From the NCBI GenBank assembly GCA_000433475.1, contig HF993083.1, positions 10,919-74,918 on the forward strand: 64,000 nucleotides of DNA, read 5' to 3'. Origin of the DNA: Mycoplasma sp. CAG:956 (GTDB taxonomy: Bacteria > Bacillota_I > Bacilli_A > RF39 > UBA660). Position 1 is the first letter of the stretch. Every line of letters starts with the position of its first letter. Shown piece by piece: positions 19,007 to 28,694 of this stretch. A program made the translations under genes and the position numbers. The notes beneath the pieces are model-generated. The model saw nothing but the letters and a program-made list of their open reading frames with translations. It was not told where the DNA came from and ran no database searches.

Positions 19007-19573
19007 ATGAACGTTGAAGAAATGAATAAACATTTTAATAATAATTCTTATACTAATTATTTGGTTAGAGATAAGGATATTATAAGAACTCCATATACTA
19101 GTGAAATAAATTTTAAAAATACTTCTCCTATATGTAATTTAGAAGAAATAGATTGCAGCACTTCTGGGGTACTAGAAGATATAGAAGATACTATTTTTAA
19201 ATTAAATGATATAGATTATGATGCCCTAAGTTTTAGCTTTTGTGGTGGTTTAGTTGTTAAAAATAACAAACATAAAACAGAAAATATTGATGATTTATTC
19301 TTATATCGTTTAATTATTTATCCTGTAAAGAGTGTTAATGGTGAGTATAGAAGAATAGGCGGCAATAGGAATATCTATCAAAGTGTTTCTGGGAGCATGG
19401 AAAAAATCATTCATTTTGAGGATTTACTAGTTATTTTAAATGGTTTACACATATTACCGTTATATGTTGATAGTGATTATTTTAAAGTATTAACAGAAGG
19501 TTTTCTAGGTTGTGGTAAGCCAATATTATTTACTTTAAAAAAAGAAAAAGGGAGAGTACTTAAAAAGAATTAA
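19007..19573 (+). CDS. Hypothetical protein
   Basis: ORF with ATG 19007 (track start TTG 18995); no motif recognised. Confidence 0.4.
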   Translation: MNVEEMNKHFNNNSYTNYLVRDKDIIRTPYTSEINFKNTSPICNLEEIDCSTSGVLEDIEDTIFKLNDIDYDALSFSFCGGLVVKNNKHKTENIDDLFLYRLIIYPVKSVNGEYRRIGGNRNIYQSVSGSMEKIIHFEDLLVILNGLHILPLYVDSDYFKVLTEGFLGCGKPILFTLKKEKGRVLKKN

Positions 19574-19680
19574 GTGCTTTTTCCTTTTTTATTTGTTATA
19601 CAAATTTAATATAAATTTCTTTAAAACATTGTTTCAAGGAAAAGTTATGATACAATAACAATATAAATTGGTGGTGTTTT

Positions 19681-20361
19681 ATGATAAATATATTAATAGT
19701 AGAAGATGATATTAATCTACTTAATATTATAAAGAAGAATTTAGAAAGAGAAGGGTATGTGGTTTATACCGCTTTAGATGGGGTATCTGGGTTAGAAGTA
19801 TTTGAAAATAATCATATTGATTTAATTATTTTAGATTTAATGTTACCTAAATTAGATGGATATGAATTTACGAAGAAAATTAGAAATGAAAAAGAGAATT
19901 TACCTATTATAATGACTACTGCTAAAAGTTTAATGGAAGATAAAAGAATTGCTTTTCAAACTGGTGTTGATGATTATATGACTAAACCCTTAGAAATGGA
20001 AGAACTATTATTAAGGGTAAAAGCCTTACTTAGACGTAGTAAGATTTTAGCTGAAAGAAAAATAGTTATTGGTAAAGTAGTAGTCGATTGTGATGCGATG
20101 ACGGTTACCAGAGATGGTGATGTAACGGAACTAACACAAAAGGAATTTGCCTTGTTATATAAATTACTATCTAATCCTAATAAAATATTTACAAGAAATC
20201 AGTTAATGGATGAGATATGGGGATATGAGTCTAATAGTGATGATAGGACAATCGATGCTCATATTAATAGATTAAGAAGAAAATTTGAAAATTATCCAGA
20301 ATTTGAAATTAAATCGGTTAGGGGGCTAGGGTATAAGGTGGTTAAAAATGAAAAAAATTAA
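19681..20361 (+). CDS. OmpR/PhoB-family response regulator
   Basis: Receiver IDLIILDLMLPKLDG, winged-helix TIDAHINRLRRKF...VRGLGYK. Confidence 0.9.
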   Translation: MINILIVEDDINLLNIIKKNLEREGYVVYTALDGVSGLEVFENNHIDLIILDLMLPKLDGYEFTKKIRNEKENLPIIMTTAKSLMEDKRIAFQTGVDDYMTKPLEMEELLLRVKALLRRSKILAERKIVIGKVVVDCDAMTVTRDGDVTELTQKEFALLYKLLSNPNKIFTRNQLMDEIWGYESNSDDRTIDAHINRLRRKFENYPEFEIKSVRGLGYKVVKNEKN

Positions 20362-21403
20362 TGATGATGAAATAAAGGCTAATCAAAAATTAACTGTTTA
20401 TTTTACAGCTTTAGCATTTTGTACCTTTGCCGCGATTATAATAGCTTTAAGTTTTTTGATATTCTTAGGTAATCAAATACTAGGTTGGGACTATATGATT
20501 GATTTGCACCAGTCCCAGTTTTGGGTTTTAGTCTTTGTGGCTATCATTTTAATTGGGGTAATTTCTTCAATTTTAATTGGTCGTCCTATTTTAAAAGGGA
20601 TTAAAGAGATATCTAACTCCACGAAAAAGATTAGTGAAGGAGACTTTTCGGTACGTATTAAAGAAAATAATACTAAGTTTTTAGGGCGTCTTTCTCATGA
20701 TTTTAATCAAATGGCTAAAGAATTAGAGGGTGTTAAAATATTAAGAAATGATTTTATTAATAATTTTTCCCATGAGTTTAAAACACCAATAAGTTCGATT
20801 AAAAATTATGCAGAAGAGTTAAAAAATAATGATTTATCTAAAGAAGAACAGGATAAATATTTGGATATAATTATTAAAGAAGCAACCAGACTTTCTAACC
20901 TTTCTAATAGTATTTTATATTTATCAAAAGTAGAAAAACAAGAAATTTTAACAGACAAAACGAAGTACGATGTGGGAGAACAAATAAGACAAGCTATTCT
21001 TTTAGAAATGAAAAAAATAGAAGAAAAGAATCTTGAATTAGACTTAGATATATTAGATTATAAATTGTTGTTGAATGAAGATAGTATTGAACAAGTATGG
21101 ATTAATATTTTAGATAATGCAATTAAATTTAGTGAAGCTGGTAAGACTTTAAAAATTACTAGTAAACTTGTTAATGGTTTTTATGAAGTAAGAATTAAAG
21201 ATGAAGGAATTGGTATTGAAGAAGATGATTTACCATTTGTTTGTGAAAAATTTTATAAAGCCGATAAGTCACATTCTGAAGAAGGTAATGGTTTGGGTCT
21301 TTCTTTAGTAAAAAGAATTCTTGAATTGCATAAAGGTAGTATTGAAATAAAAAGTAAAGTAGGTAAAGGAACTTTAGTTATCGTAAAATTACCAATTAAA
21401 TGA
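20348..21403 (+). CDS. Sensor histidine kinase (2 TM, HAMP, HisKA, HATPase_c)
   Basis: H-box FSHEFKTPISSI, G-box GNGLGLSLVKRI; overlaps the regulator gene by 14 nt. Confidence 0.9.
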   Translation: MKKINDDEIKANQKLTVYFTALAFCTFAAIIIALSFLIFLGNQILGWDYMIDLHQSQFWVLVFVAIILIGVISSILIGRPILKGIKEISNSTKKISEGDFSVRIKENNTKFLGRLSHDFNQMAKELEGVKILRNDFINNFSHEFKTPISSIKNYAEELKNNDLSKEEQDKYLDIIIKEATRLSNLSNSILYLSKVEKQEILTDKTKYDVGEQIRQAILLEMKKIEEKNLELDLDILDYKLLLNEDSIEQVWINILDNAIKFSEAGKTLKITSKLVNGFYEVRIKDEGIGIEEDDLPFVCEKFYKADKSHSEEGNGLGLSLVKRILELHKGSIEIKSKVGKGTLVIVKLPIK

Positions 21404-21466
21404 TTTCATATTCAGTTCATTTTTTAATTGTATAATAAATTTGTTTTGCATAGGAAGTGATTACTT

Positions 21467-23023
21467 ATGAAAAAAAATTATGACTATTATAATAATCCAA
21501 AGATAAATAGTTTTAAAGATTTAATGAATTTAAGTATTAAAAAACCAGATGATATAGCTTTTAAATATTTGGATAATAGTAAAGTTTTAATTAGTAAGAC
21601 TTATAAAGATTTTTATGAAGATGTAAGACTTACTAGTAATTATATAGCTAATCTTTATAATAATAAACATATTGCTTTAATTGGAAAGAATTCATATAAC
21701 TTTTTAGTGTTATTTATGAGTATTGTTATCAGTGGTAATTGTGTAGTTATTATTGATAAAGATTTAGATGCTAATGATATTAAAAAGATGCTTAAGAATA
21801 CTAGTACTAATACTTGCTTTTATTCTAAAGAATATTGTGATAGTTTAAATGGGATTGTTAGTAAGATGTATCCGATTGAAGAGATAGAAAATTATAAATT
21901 AGAAAAAAATTTTATTAGATTTACTAATCCTAAAGATGCTAGTGTTATTTTCTTTACTTCGGGAACAACGGGATTTAACAAGGCTGTTTGTTTAAGTGAA
22001 GAAAATATTTGCTTTGATATTTGGTCTTTAGCTAGTCTATTTAAACCGAATGGCGGTGTATTTGCCGTTTTACCATTTCATCATTCATTCGGACTTATTA
22101 CCGGTATTTTAAAACCATTCTATTATCACGTTCCAATATTTATTAATAGTAGTCTTAAGTCTTTACAAAAAGAAATGAAGCTAGCAGAGGCTAATACAAT
22201 GTTTGTAGTGCCAGTATTTATTGAAACTTTTTATAAGACTATTTGGTCAACAGCTAGAAAGACTAAGCAAGATAAAAAGTTGAAATTAGCGATTAAGTTA
22301 TCTAACAGTCTTTTAAAAATTGGTATCGACTTAAGAAAGAAATTATTCAAATCAGTTACTGACCAGTTTGGGGGAAATTTGGAATATTTTATATGTGGTG
22401 GGGCTTATTTAGATAGCAAATATATTAAATGGTTCCGTAGTATTGGGATTGAAATTTTAAACGGTTATGGTATTACTGAGTGTAGTCCAGTTGTAGCAGT
22501 TAATCGTAATTTGTATGGTAAAGATGGTTCTGTTGGTCTAATTGGTCGTGATATTGATGTTAAAATAATCGACAATGAAATATGTGTTAAAGGTAAAAAT
22601 GTCATGCTGGGGTATTTTAATGATACGAAGGCAACTAAAGAAGTCTTGCAGGACGGTTGGTTTAAAACTGGTGACCTAGGTTATATTGATAAAGATGGAT
22701 TTTTGTTTATAACTGGTAGGAAGAAAAACTTAATAATTTTATCTAATGGTGAAAATATTTTACCAGAAATGATAGAAGAAAAACTAATGAAAGATAAAGG
22801 TATTATGGAAGTAGTGGTTAGTACTTTAAATAATCAGTTAGTAGCCTATATTTATCCAAGTGAGGATTACTTAGGTAATACGACTTATTTTAATAATTTA
22901 ATTTATAAATATAATAAGATAGTTCCTAAAAATCATCAAATAAGTAAGTGTATTTTAAGAACTACGGAATTTAAGAAAAATAATAATCATAAAATTTTAA
23001 GAAATAAAATAATGGAGGAATAA
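21467..23023 (+). CDS. Acyl-AMP ligase / long-chain fatty-acid ligase (AMP-binding superfamily)
   Basis: FFTSGTTGFNKAV, GYGITECS, TGDLGYIDKDGFLFITGRKKNLIILSNGENI. Confidence 0.8.
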   Translation: MKKNYDYYNNPKINSFKDLMNLSIKKPDDIAFKYLDNSKVLISKTYKDFYEDVRLTSNYIANLYNNKHIALIGKNSYNFLVLFMSIVISGNCVVIIDKDLDANDIKKMLKNTSTNTCFYSKEYCDSLNGIVSKMYPIEEIENYKLEKNFIRFTNPKDASVIFFTSGTTGFNKAVCLSEENICFDIWSLASLFKPNGGVFAVLPFHHSFGLITGILKPFYYHVPIFINSSLKSLQKEMKLAEANTMFVVPVFIETFYKTIWSTARKTKQDKKLKLAIKLSNSLLKIGIDLRKKLFKSVTDQFGGNLEYFICGGAYLDSKYIKWFRSIGIEILNGYGITECSPVVAVNRNLYGKDGSVGLIGRDIDVKIIDNEICVKGKNVMLGYFNDTKATKEVLQDGWFKTGDLGYIDKDGFLFITGRKKNLIILSNGENILPEMIEEKLMKDKGIMEVVVSTLNNQLVAYIYPSEDYLGNTTYFNNLIYKYNKIVPKNHQISKCILRTTEFKKNNNHKILRNKIMEE

Positions 23024-23026
23024 AAA

Positions 23027-23263
23027 ATGGAAAATAAAAAAATAATGGTTGGAGAAGTAATTAAATTAATTAGTGAGGTTTGTGAAATACCGGAAGAAAA
23101 GATTAGTGGTAAATCTAATTTAACAACGGATTTAGAGTTAGAATCTTTAGATATTGTTACTTTGATTAGTGAATGTGAAGAAAGATATCATATAACCGTT
23201 CCTGATAAAGATATTAAGACTTTCCAAACTGTTAATGATATTGTGGAATACTTAAATAAGTAA
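23027..23263 (+). CDS. Acyl carrier protein-like carrier
   Basis: 78 aa, LELESLDIVTLI with Ser at the phosphopantetheine position; starts 3 nt after the ligase stop. Confidence 0.7.
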   Translation: MENKKIMVGEVIKLISEVCEIPEEKISGKSNLTTDLELESLDIVTLISECEERYHITVPDKDIKTFQTVNDIVEYLNK

Positions 23264-23301
23264 TTGTTAATTTATAAATTAATAATTAAGATTTTAGAAA
23301 A

Positions 23302-23745
23302 ATGAATAAATTATATATTGAAGAAAATGTTAGTAGTAATGATATTATAAAAGAAATTGCTATTGATAATAATTTAAGTAACTATGTAGTTTTAAAAAAT
23401 AAAAATGGTAAACCTTATTTTAAAGGTAATGATATCTATTTTAATATAAGTAATAAAGATAATATAACAGTTGCAGTTACAAGTTTTAACCCAGTTGGTA
23501 TTGATATTGAAAAATTAACTTTTAAGCTCTCGATAGTTAAACATTTTTTTAGTAAAAATGAACAAGAAATAATTAAGAAAAGTTTAAATAAAGAGTTAGA
23601 CTTTACAACTATATGGGTAAAAAAAGAAGCTTATTTAAAATACTTGGGTTTAGATTTAACAAGTATTAGAAAGATAGATACAACTAAAATAAGTGGTTTT
23701 ACAATAAAAAAATATAAAGAATATATAATAGGAATTAAGGAGTAA
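23302..23745 (+). CDS. 4'-phosphopantetheinyl transferase superfamily protein (short)
   Basis: NKNGKPYF, GIDIEKL and WVKKEAYLKYLG motifs. Confidence 0.6.
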   Translation: MNKLYIEENVSSNDIIKEIAIDNNLSNYVVLKNKNGKPYFKGNDIYFNISNKDNITVAVTSFNPVGIDIEKLTFKLSIVKHFFSKNEQEIIKKSLNKELDFTTIWVKKEAYLKYLGLDLTSIRKIDTTKISGFTIKKYKEYIIGIKE

Positions 23746-23747
23746 GG

Positions 23748-25502
23748 ATGAATTTATTATATTGTGGGGATAGTAATATTAAAGACGGTCTATTTTTGTC
23801 AATAAAATCAATTTTAAAAGTAGAAAAAGAAGCTTTAAATATTTATGTTTTATCAATGGATTATTTAAATTATAAAAAGATAGATAGTGATTTTATTGAT
23901 TATTTAGATACTTTAGTAAAAGAAGTTAATAAGAAGAGTTTTGTTAAACTAATTGATATGACTAGTATTTATCAAGAACATGAATGTAAGGCAAATAAAG
24001 ATACTTTATTTACACCTTATTGTATGTTAAGACTATATAGTGATTTAGTTGATTTACCTAGTAAAATATTATATTTAGATACGGATGTTTTAGTCTATCG
24101 TAGTTTTAAAGATTTTTATAATATTAATAATACTAATTATGAATTAGTAGGGGTACTAGATTACTATGGTAGTCATGTTTATAAGAAAAATCCTTTTAAG
24201 AAAGATTATTTAAATTCTGGAGTATTACTGTTTAATTTGGATTTACTAAAAAAGGAAGATATTTTAAAGAAAGCTCGTAAAATGTGTGCGACTAAAAAGA
24301 TGCTATTGCCTGATCAAAGTGCTTTAAACATTTTGTGTAAACATAAACTTATTGTTGATAGAAAATATAACGAACAAAAAGCTATGCAAAGTGATACGGT
24401 GCTAAGACATTTTACAACGACATTTAAGTTTTTTCCAAGGATTAAAACACAAAAAGTTAAGCCTTGGCAAATTAATAGAATGCATGATGTATTAAACTGT
24501 CATGAATTTGATTGGTTACTTGATGAATATAAGGAGTGGTTACAAATGAATAATAAAATTATACCAATATTTTTTACAATCGATGATGCTTTTGCACCTT
24601 TTGCAAGTGTAGCAATAAAGTCATTACTTGATAATGCTAGTCAAAATTATTTTTATCATATTCATATTGTTAATAATGGTTTAAGTGAAGAAAATATTAC
24701 TAAGATTTTAGAATTAGAAACTAGTTATAGTAAGATAATGTTTAATAATATGGATGAAAGACTTAAAGCAATAACGGATAAAAAAGGAACAAGATTAAGA
24801 GAAGACTACTTTAGTTTGGCTATTTTCTTTAGAATTTTTATCCCTGATTGTTTTAAGGAATATGATAAAGCTTTATATATTGATGCTGATACTATAATAT
24901 TAGATGATATTAGTAAGTTATATAATACGGATTTAGAAGGTAACTATATTGGGGGATGTGTTGATACTTCTTGTTTTGGTATTAAAGATATAACTAATTA
25001 TTTTACCAACGGTGTTGGAGTTGATTACCGTGAGTATATAAATTCTGGTGTTATTCTTTTTGATATGAAAACCTTAAGAGATAAAGGTTTTGCCGATAAA
25101 TTCTTATATTTATTTAATAAATATAACTTTGGCAATGTAGATCCTGACCAATCTTATATAAATGCGATGCTAAAAGGTAAAATTAAGTATTTAGATGGTA
25201 AGTGGGATACTATGCCTACTGAGGGTGGTAAAAGATGTGATAATCCGGGTATTGTTCACTTCAATTTATTTAAGAAACCTTGGCATTATGATAATGTTTT
25301 ATATGAAGAGGAATTTTGGAGTTATGCTAAGAAGACAGCTTATTATGAAAAAATAAAGGAAATTAAAGAAAACTATACTGATGAAGATAAACAAAAAGAC
25401 AATAAGAGCTTAGAAGCAATGTTAAAAAGATGTCGAGAAATAGTTAAAGATGAGGTTACTTTTAAAACAGTCTTTGATAGTGGTAAGGAAGATAGATTGT
25501 AA
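23748..25502 (+). CDS. Glycosyltransferase family 8, two tandem GT8 domains
   Basis: Two copies of the GT8 pattern: LYLDTDVLV...NSGVLLFNL...PDQSALN and IDADTIIL...NSGVILFDM...PDQSYIN. Confidence 0.8.
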   Translation: MNLLYCGDSNIKDGLFLSIKSILKVEKEALNIYVLSMDYLNYKKIDSDFIDYLDTLVKEVNKKSFVKLIDMTSIYQEHECKANKDTLFTPYCMLRLYSDLVDLPSKILYLDTDVLVYRSFKDFYNINNTNYELVGVLDYYGSHVYKKNPFKKDYLNSGVLLFNLDLLKKEDILKKARKMCATKKMLLPDQSALNILCKHKLIVDRKYNEQKAMQSDTVLRHFTTTFKFFPRIKTQKVKPWQINRMHDVLNCHEFDWLLDEYKEWLQMNNKIIPIFFTIDDAFAPFASVAIKSLLDNASQNYFYHIHIVNNGLSEENITKILELETSYSKIMFNNMDERLKAITDKKGTRLREDYFSLAIFFRIFIPDCFKEYDKALYIDADTIILDDISKLYNTDLEGNYIGGCVDTSCFGIKDITNYFTNGVGVDYREYINSGVILFDMKTLRDKGFADKFLYLFNKYNFGNVDPDQSYINAMLKGKIKYLDGKWDTMPTEGGKRCDNPGIVHFNLFKKPWHYDNVLYEEEFWSYAKKTAYYEKIKEIKENYTDEDKQKDNKSLEAMLKRCREIVKDEVTFKTVFDSGKEDRL

Positions 25503-26365
25503 TGATTATCGGTGGTTCGAAAAAAGATGTAATTAAAAATATTGAACAAAATGTCTTAGATAATGAACTTAATAAAAAAGTAGAAGTTAATGATGCGATA
25601 TTAAGTGATGAGGAAATAACTAAGTTATTAGATACTTTTTATAAAAATAAAGGTAAGAAAATAAGATATGGTATTAAACATGCAATTGCTAATATGACAG
25701 TAAGTAAGTATATGAAAATGCTTGATAAAGATATAGTTATTAATGGGGCTGAAAAGTTAAAAAATGTGGATTTAAGTAAGGGAGCAATTATTACATCTAA
25801 TCATTTTAATCCTTTAGATACTTTTATTATTAGAAAATTAGTAGAAAAAGTCTTAAAGAAAGATTTGTATATAGTTATTCAAGATACAAATTTAGCCATG
25901 CCTGGTAGTTTAGGTTTTTTAATGAATTATTTAAATGTTATACCAGTTAGTAAAAGTCCAACTTATTTAGCGGGAACATTTAAAGAAAATTTAAGAAAAA
26001 TTCTAAATGCTGGTAATATTGTTTTGATTTATCCAGAAGAAGAAATGTGGTTTAATTATCGTAAGATAAGACCATTAAAAAGAGGAGCTTATCAGTATGC
26101 TGCTATTCTTAATGTACCCGTAATATCTTGTTTTACAAAGATAATAGATACAGATATAGTTGATAACGAAGAATTTAATAAGACTACTTATGAGTTAAAT
26201 GTTTTGGGAGTTTTATATCCTGATAAAGATGTTAGTCCTAGAGTAAATAGTATTAATATGTTAAATGAAGATTATGAGTGGAAGAAACAGGCATATGAAA
26301 ATGTTTATCATAAAAAGTTAGAATATACTTTTTCTGCTGATGATATTGCTGGTTATAGATGGTAG
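25502..26365 (+). CDS. Lysophospholipid/1-acyl-glycerol-3-phosphate acyltransferase family (LPLAT) protein
   Basis: HX4D motif NHFNPLD and IYPEEE block; ATG overlaps the GT8 stop by 1 nt. Confidence 0.65.
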   Translation: MIIGGSKKDVIKNIEQNVLDNELNKKVEVNDAILSDEEITKLLDTFYKNKGKKIRYGIKHAIANMTVSKYMKMLDKDIVINGAEKLKNVDLSKGAIITSNHFNPLDTFIIRKLVEKVLKKDLYIVIQDTNLAMPGSLGFLMNYLNVIPVSKSPTYLAGTFKENLRKILNAGNIVLIYPEEEMWFNYRKIRPLKRGAYQYAAILNVPVISCFTKIIDTDIVDNEEFNKTTYELNVLGVLYPDKDVSPRVNSINMLNEDYEWKKQAYENVYHKKLEYTFSADDIAGYRW

Positions 26366-26387
26366 AGTACTTAGTACTCTTTTTTTT
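26364..26387 (+). terminator. Rho-independent terminator of the lipid/glycosyl cluster
   Basis: agagtac tta gtactct hairpin followed by T7. Confidence 0.7.
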
Positions 26388-26432
26388 GTATGAATATATA
26401 TTTATTGGGAATAATATATTCTTTAGATAATA

Positions 26433-26725
26433 TTTTCATAGAGTTAAAAACTCTATGAATACGTATTTTCGGATATTATTTTTACCTTATACCTAAATAA
26501 TATCATATCTTTAAGCCTTTTTAAAGAATATATTTAAAGATAAATTATCTTTTTATAGTCAAATTTCTAGTCAAACAATATCTTTTAAAACCTAGGTGAA
26601 TACTGGCTTTGCTAAAAATTATTCTAGTCAGAAAACAAATTTCATTCTAGTCGAAATTATAGTCAAATAGACTTCAAACTCAGTATTCACCTAATATTTT
26701 CATAGAGTTTTTAACTCTATGAAAA
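26433..26725. repeat. Inverted-repeat-bounded upstream module, copy 1
   Basis: 26433..26459 and 26699..26725 are exact reverse complements (27/27). Nested 13-bp IR at 26593..26605 / 26681..26693. RGTCAR hexamer pairs start at 26557/26569 and 26649/26661. Confidence 0.85.
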
Positions 26726-26809
26726 CAGAATTAATGGATATGTATATTATTTTTAATTTTGGTAGGCTATAAGTGTTGCATATTATAGCTAGAAATGGTT
26801 TATATTAAT

Positions 26810-28570
26810 ATGAAAAAATTTAATAAAGATAAGTATTTAAAGAAATTAAAATTTAATAAGTATAAGAGATACTTATATATAGGAATACCTTGTATATTAG
26901 TATTATTAATAGGAATATACTTTGCTTATTCAAAGTTTAGTGTTTTTAAAGAGGAAGAAGTAGTAAGAACTACGGTAGAAAGTTTTATCTCTGATGATGC
27001 TGTTATTGGAGCTTATATAGATGGAGAATACTCTAAAACTATTCCTGGTAAGAATGATGGTTATATAGTAGATAAAATAGTCTGTGATAATGATGCAACT
27101 GCTTCTTGGAATAATGATTCTTGGGGAATAGTATTAACTAATCTAACTAAGAGAACTAAATGTAATGTGTATTTTAAGAAAGGCATAAAAATTGGTAATT
27201 TGACTGCTTTTGTTGATGAGTTAGGTAAATGTCCAACTATCAATAGTGATGGTACAGTTAATGTAACTAGTGCTGAAGCAACGGATGGTTATGTTTGTAG
27301 TGCAAAAGACGCATATGGAACAAGTTATTATTATCGTGGAAATGTTACAAACAACTATGTAAAGTTTGGTAAATGGTCTGATGATTTACCGACATCGTTT
27401 GTTGATGGTGATGGTAATATATATGATTCTTATGATGATTGTACAAGTTTTGGTGGTGGTGATTGTACTGAGTTAGCTCTTGCTGGAAAAAGTATGTACT
27501 GGCGAATTGTTCGTATTAATGGCGATGGTACCGTTAGAGTAATCTATGATGGAACTTCAGCTCATACCAATGGTGAAAGTAGTATGGATAGACAAATTGG
27601 AACATCAGCATTCAATTCATATTGGAAGAAGGATAATGTTCAAGAAGCTACTGAATCATATGTTTATGATAATGCTGGTGTTGGCTATATGTATGGTAAT
27701 CGTGATGCTATGGTAGAAACCACATCATCTTTTATATCAACTAGTTTTCAAAATAATTATACATATTATATTGCTAAAGAGTATACATATGATGCCACAA
27801 CCGATAGATTTACTTTAAAAGATCCGATTGCCGTATTAGGTAGTGCTATGACCTCAGACTATGTAGGCTATTATACTTTTGGAAATTCAAATGTTAGTTA
27901 TTCTAATAGCCGATTGATGAAAATATTTGGAGTAACAGCTGGTCGTATAGATGCCGATGTAGAATATGGTTATATCACGTATGGGACTTCAAGTAAAGAA
28001 GTAGCTCAGACTAATATAAATGACTCAACTATAAAAGCTTACTTAGATAATTGGTATAAAACTAATATTTTCGGTACGAAAAATGAACAATATTTAGCGG
28101 ATAATATTTTTTGCAATGATCGCAGTTTTGCATCTAGTAATTCAGGAACTGGAGCTGGAGTAAGTAAAACATATTATAATTGGTATAATTGGCATACATC
28201 TAAGTCTAATTTAAAATGCCCACAAAAAAATGATGCCTTTACGGTAAGCGATACTACCAATGGTAATGGAGCACTAACATATCCAGTCGGACTTTTAAGT
28301 ACGGATGAAATAGTACTAGCCGGTGGATTGGATAAAGAAAATAGTGATTATTACTTATACTTTGGGAACTGGTGGTGGACTTCCTCACCATACGAATTTG
28401 CCAGCAGCAGTGCTGACATGCGTTATGTGGCTCAGAGTGGTCTTGCGAGTGCCAAAGGCTTTGGTGCTGCTGATTCCAGCCGTGGTGTTCGTCCAGTTAT
28501 CAATCTGAAGGCTGAAGTGCTGGCACAAGGCTCCGGGACAGCTTCGGATCCTTATCGCATTTCTTCGTAG
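26810..28570 (+). CDS. Large membrane-anchored/secreted protein, family paralog A (intact)
   Basis: MKKFNKDKYLKK... basic N-terminus plus TM. Family blocks GKCPTINSDGTVNVT, YGTSYYYRGNVTNNYVKFG, YWRIVRINGDGTVRVIYDGTSAH, NIFCNDR, CPQKNDAFTVSD, YPVGLLSTDE, GVRPVINLK. Confidence 0.8.
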   Translation: MKKFNKDKYLKKLKFNKYKRYLYIGIPCILVLLIGIYFAYSKFSVFKEEEVVRTTVESFISDDAVIGAYIDGEYSKTIPGKNDGYIVDKIVCDNDATASWNNDSWGIVLTNLTKRTKCNVYFKKGIKIGNLTAFVDELGKCPTINSDGTVNVTSAEATDGYVCSAKDAYGTSYYYRGNVTNNYVKFGKWSDDLPTSFVDGDGNIYDSYDDCTSFGGGDCTELALAGKSMYWRIVRINGDGTVRVIYDGTSAHTNGESSMDRQIGTSAFNSYWKKDNVQEATESYVYDNAGVGYMYGNRDAMVETTSSFISTSFQNNYTYYIAKEYTYDATTDRFTLKDPIAVLGSAMTSDYVGYYTFGNSNVSYSNSRLMKIFGVTAGRIDADVEYGYITYGTSSKEVAQTNINDSTIKAYLDNWYKTNIFGTKNEQYLADNIFCNDRSFASSNSGTGAGVSKTYYNWYNWHTSKSNLKCPQKNDAFTVSDTTNGNGALTYPVGLLSTDEIVLAGGLDKENSDYYLYFGNWWWTSSPYEFASSSADMRYVAQSGLASAKGFGAADSSRGVRPVINLKAEVLAQGSGTASDPYRISS

Positions 28571-28694
28571 AAGAAATTATAAATTGTAAAATAGAAAGTC
28601 ATAATGAGAAGTTATGATTTTTTAAAGCAATTAAGATTAAGGGGTTAAAAGTATCTTAATATATAGTATTATTTAGGTATAAATTAAAATATGT

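Noticed and set aside
26433-26459. The TTCATAGAG-N7-CTCTATGAA palindromes as ordinary rho-independent terminators
   Set aside because: The upstream operon already has a proper terminator at 26364..26387. The palindromes have AT-rich 9-bp stems, the left copy lacks a T tract, and they occur as matched inverted pairs at two loci.
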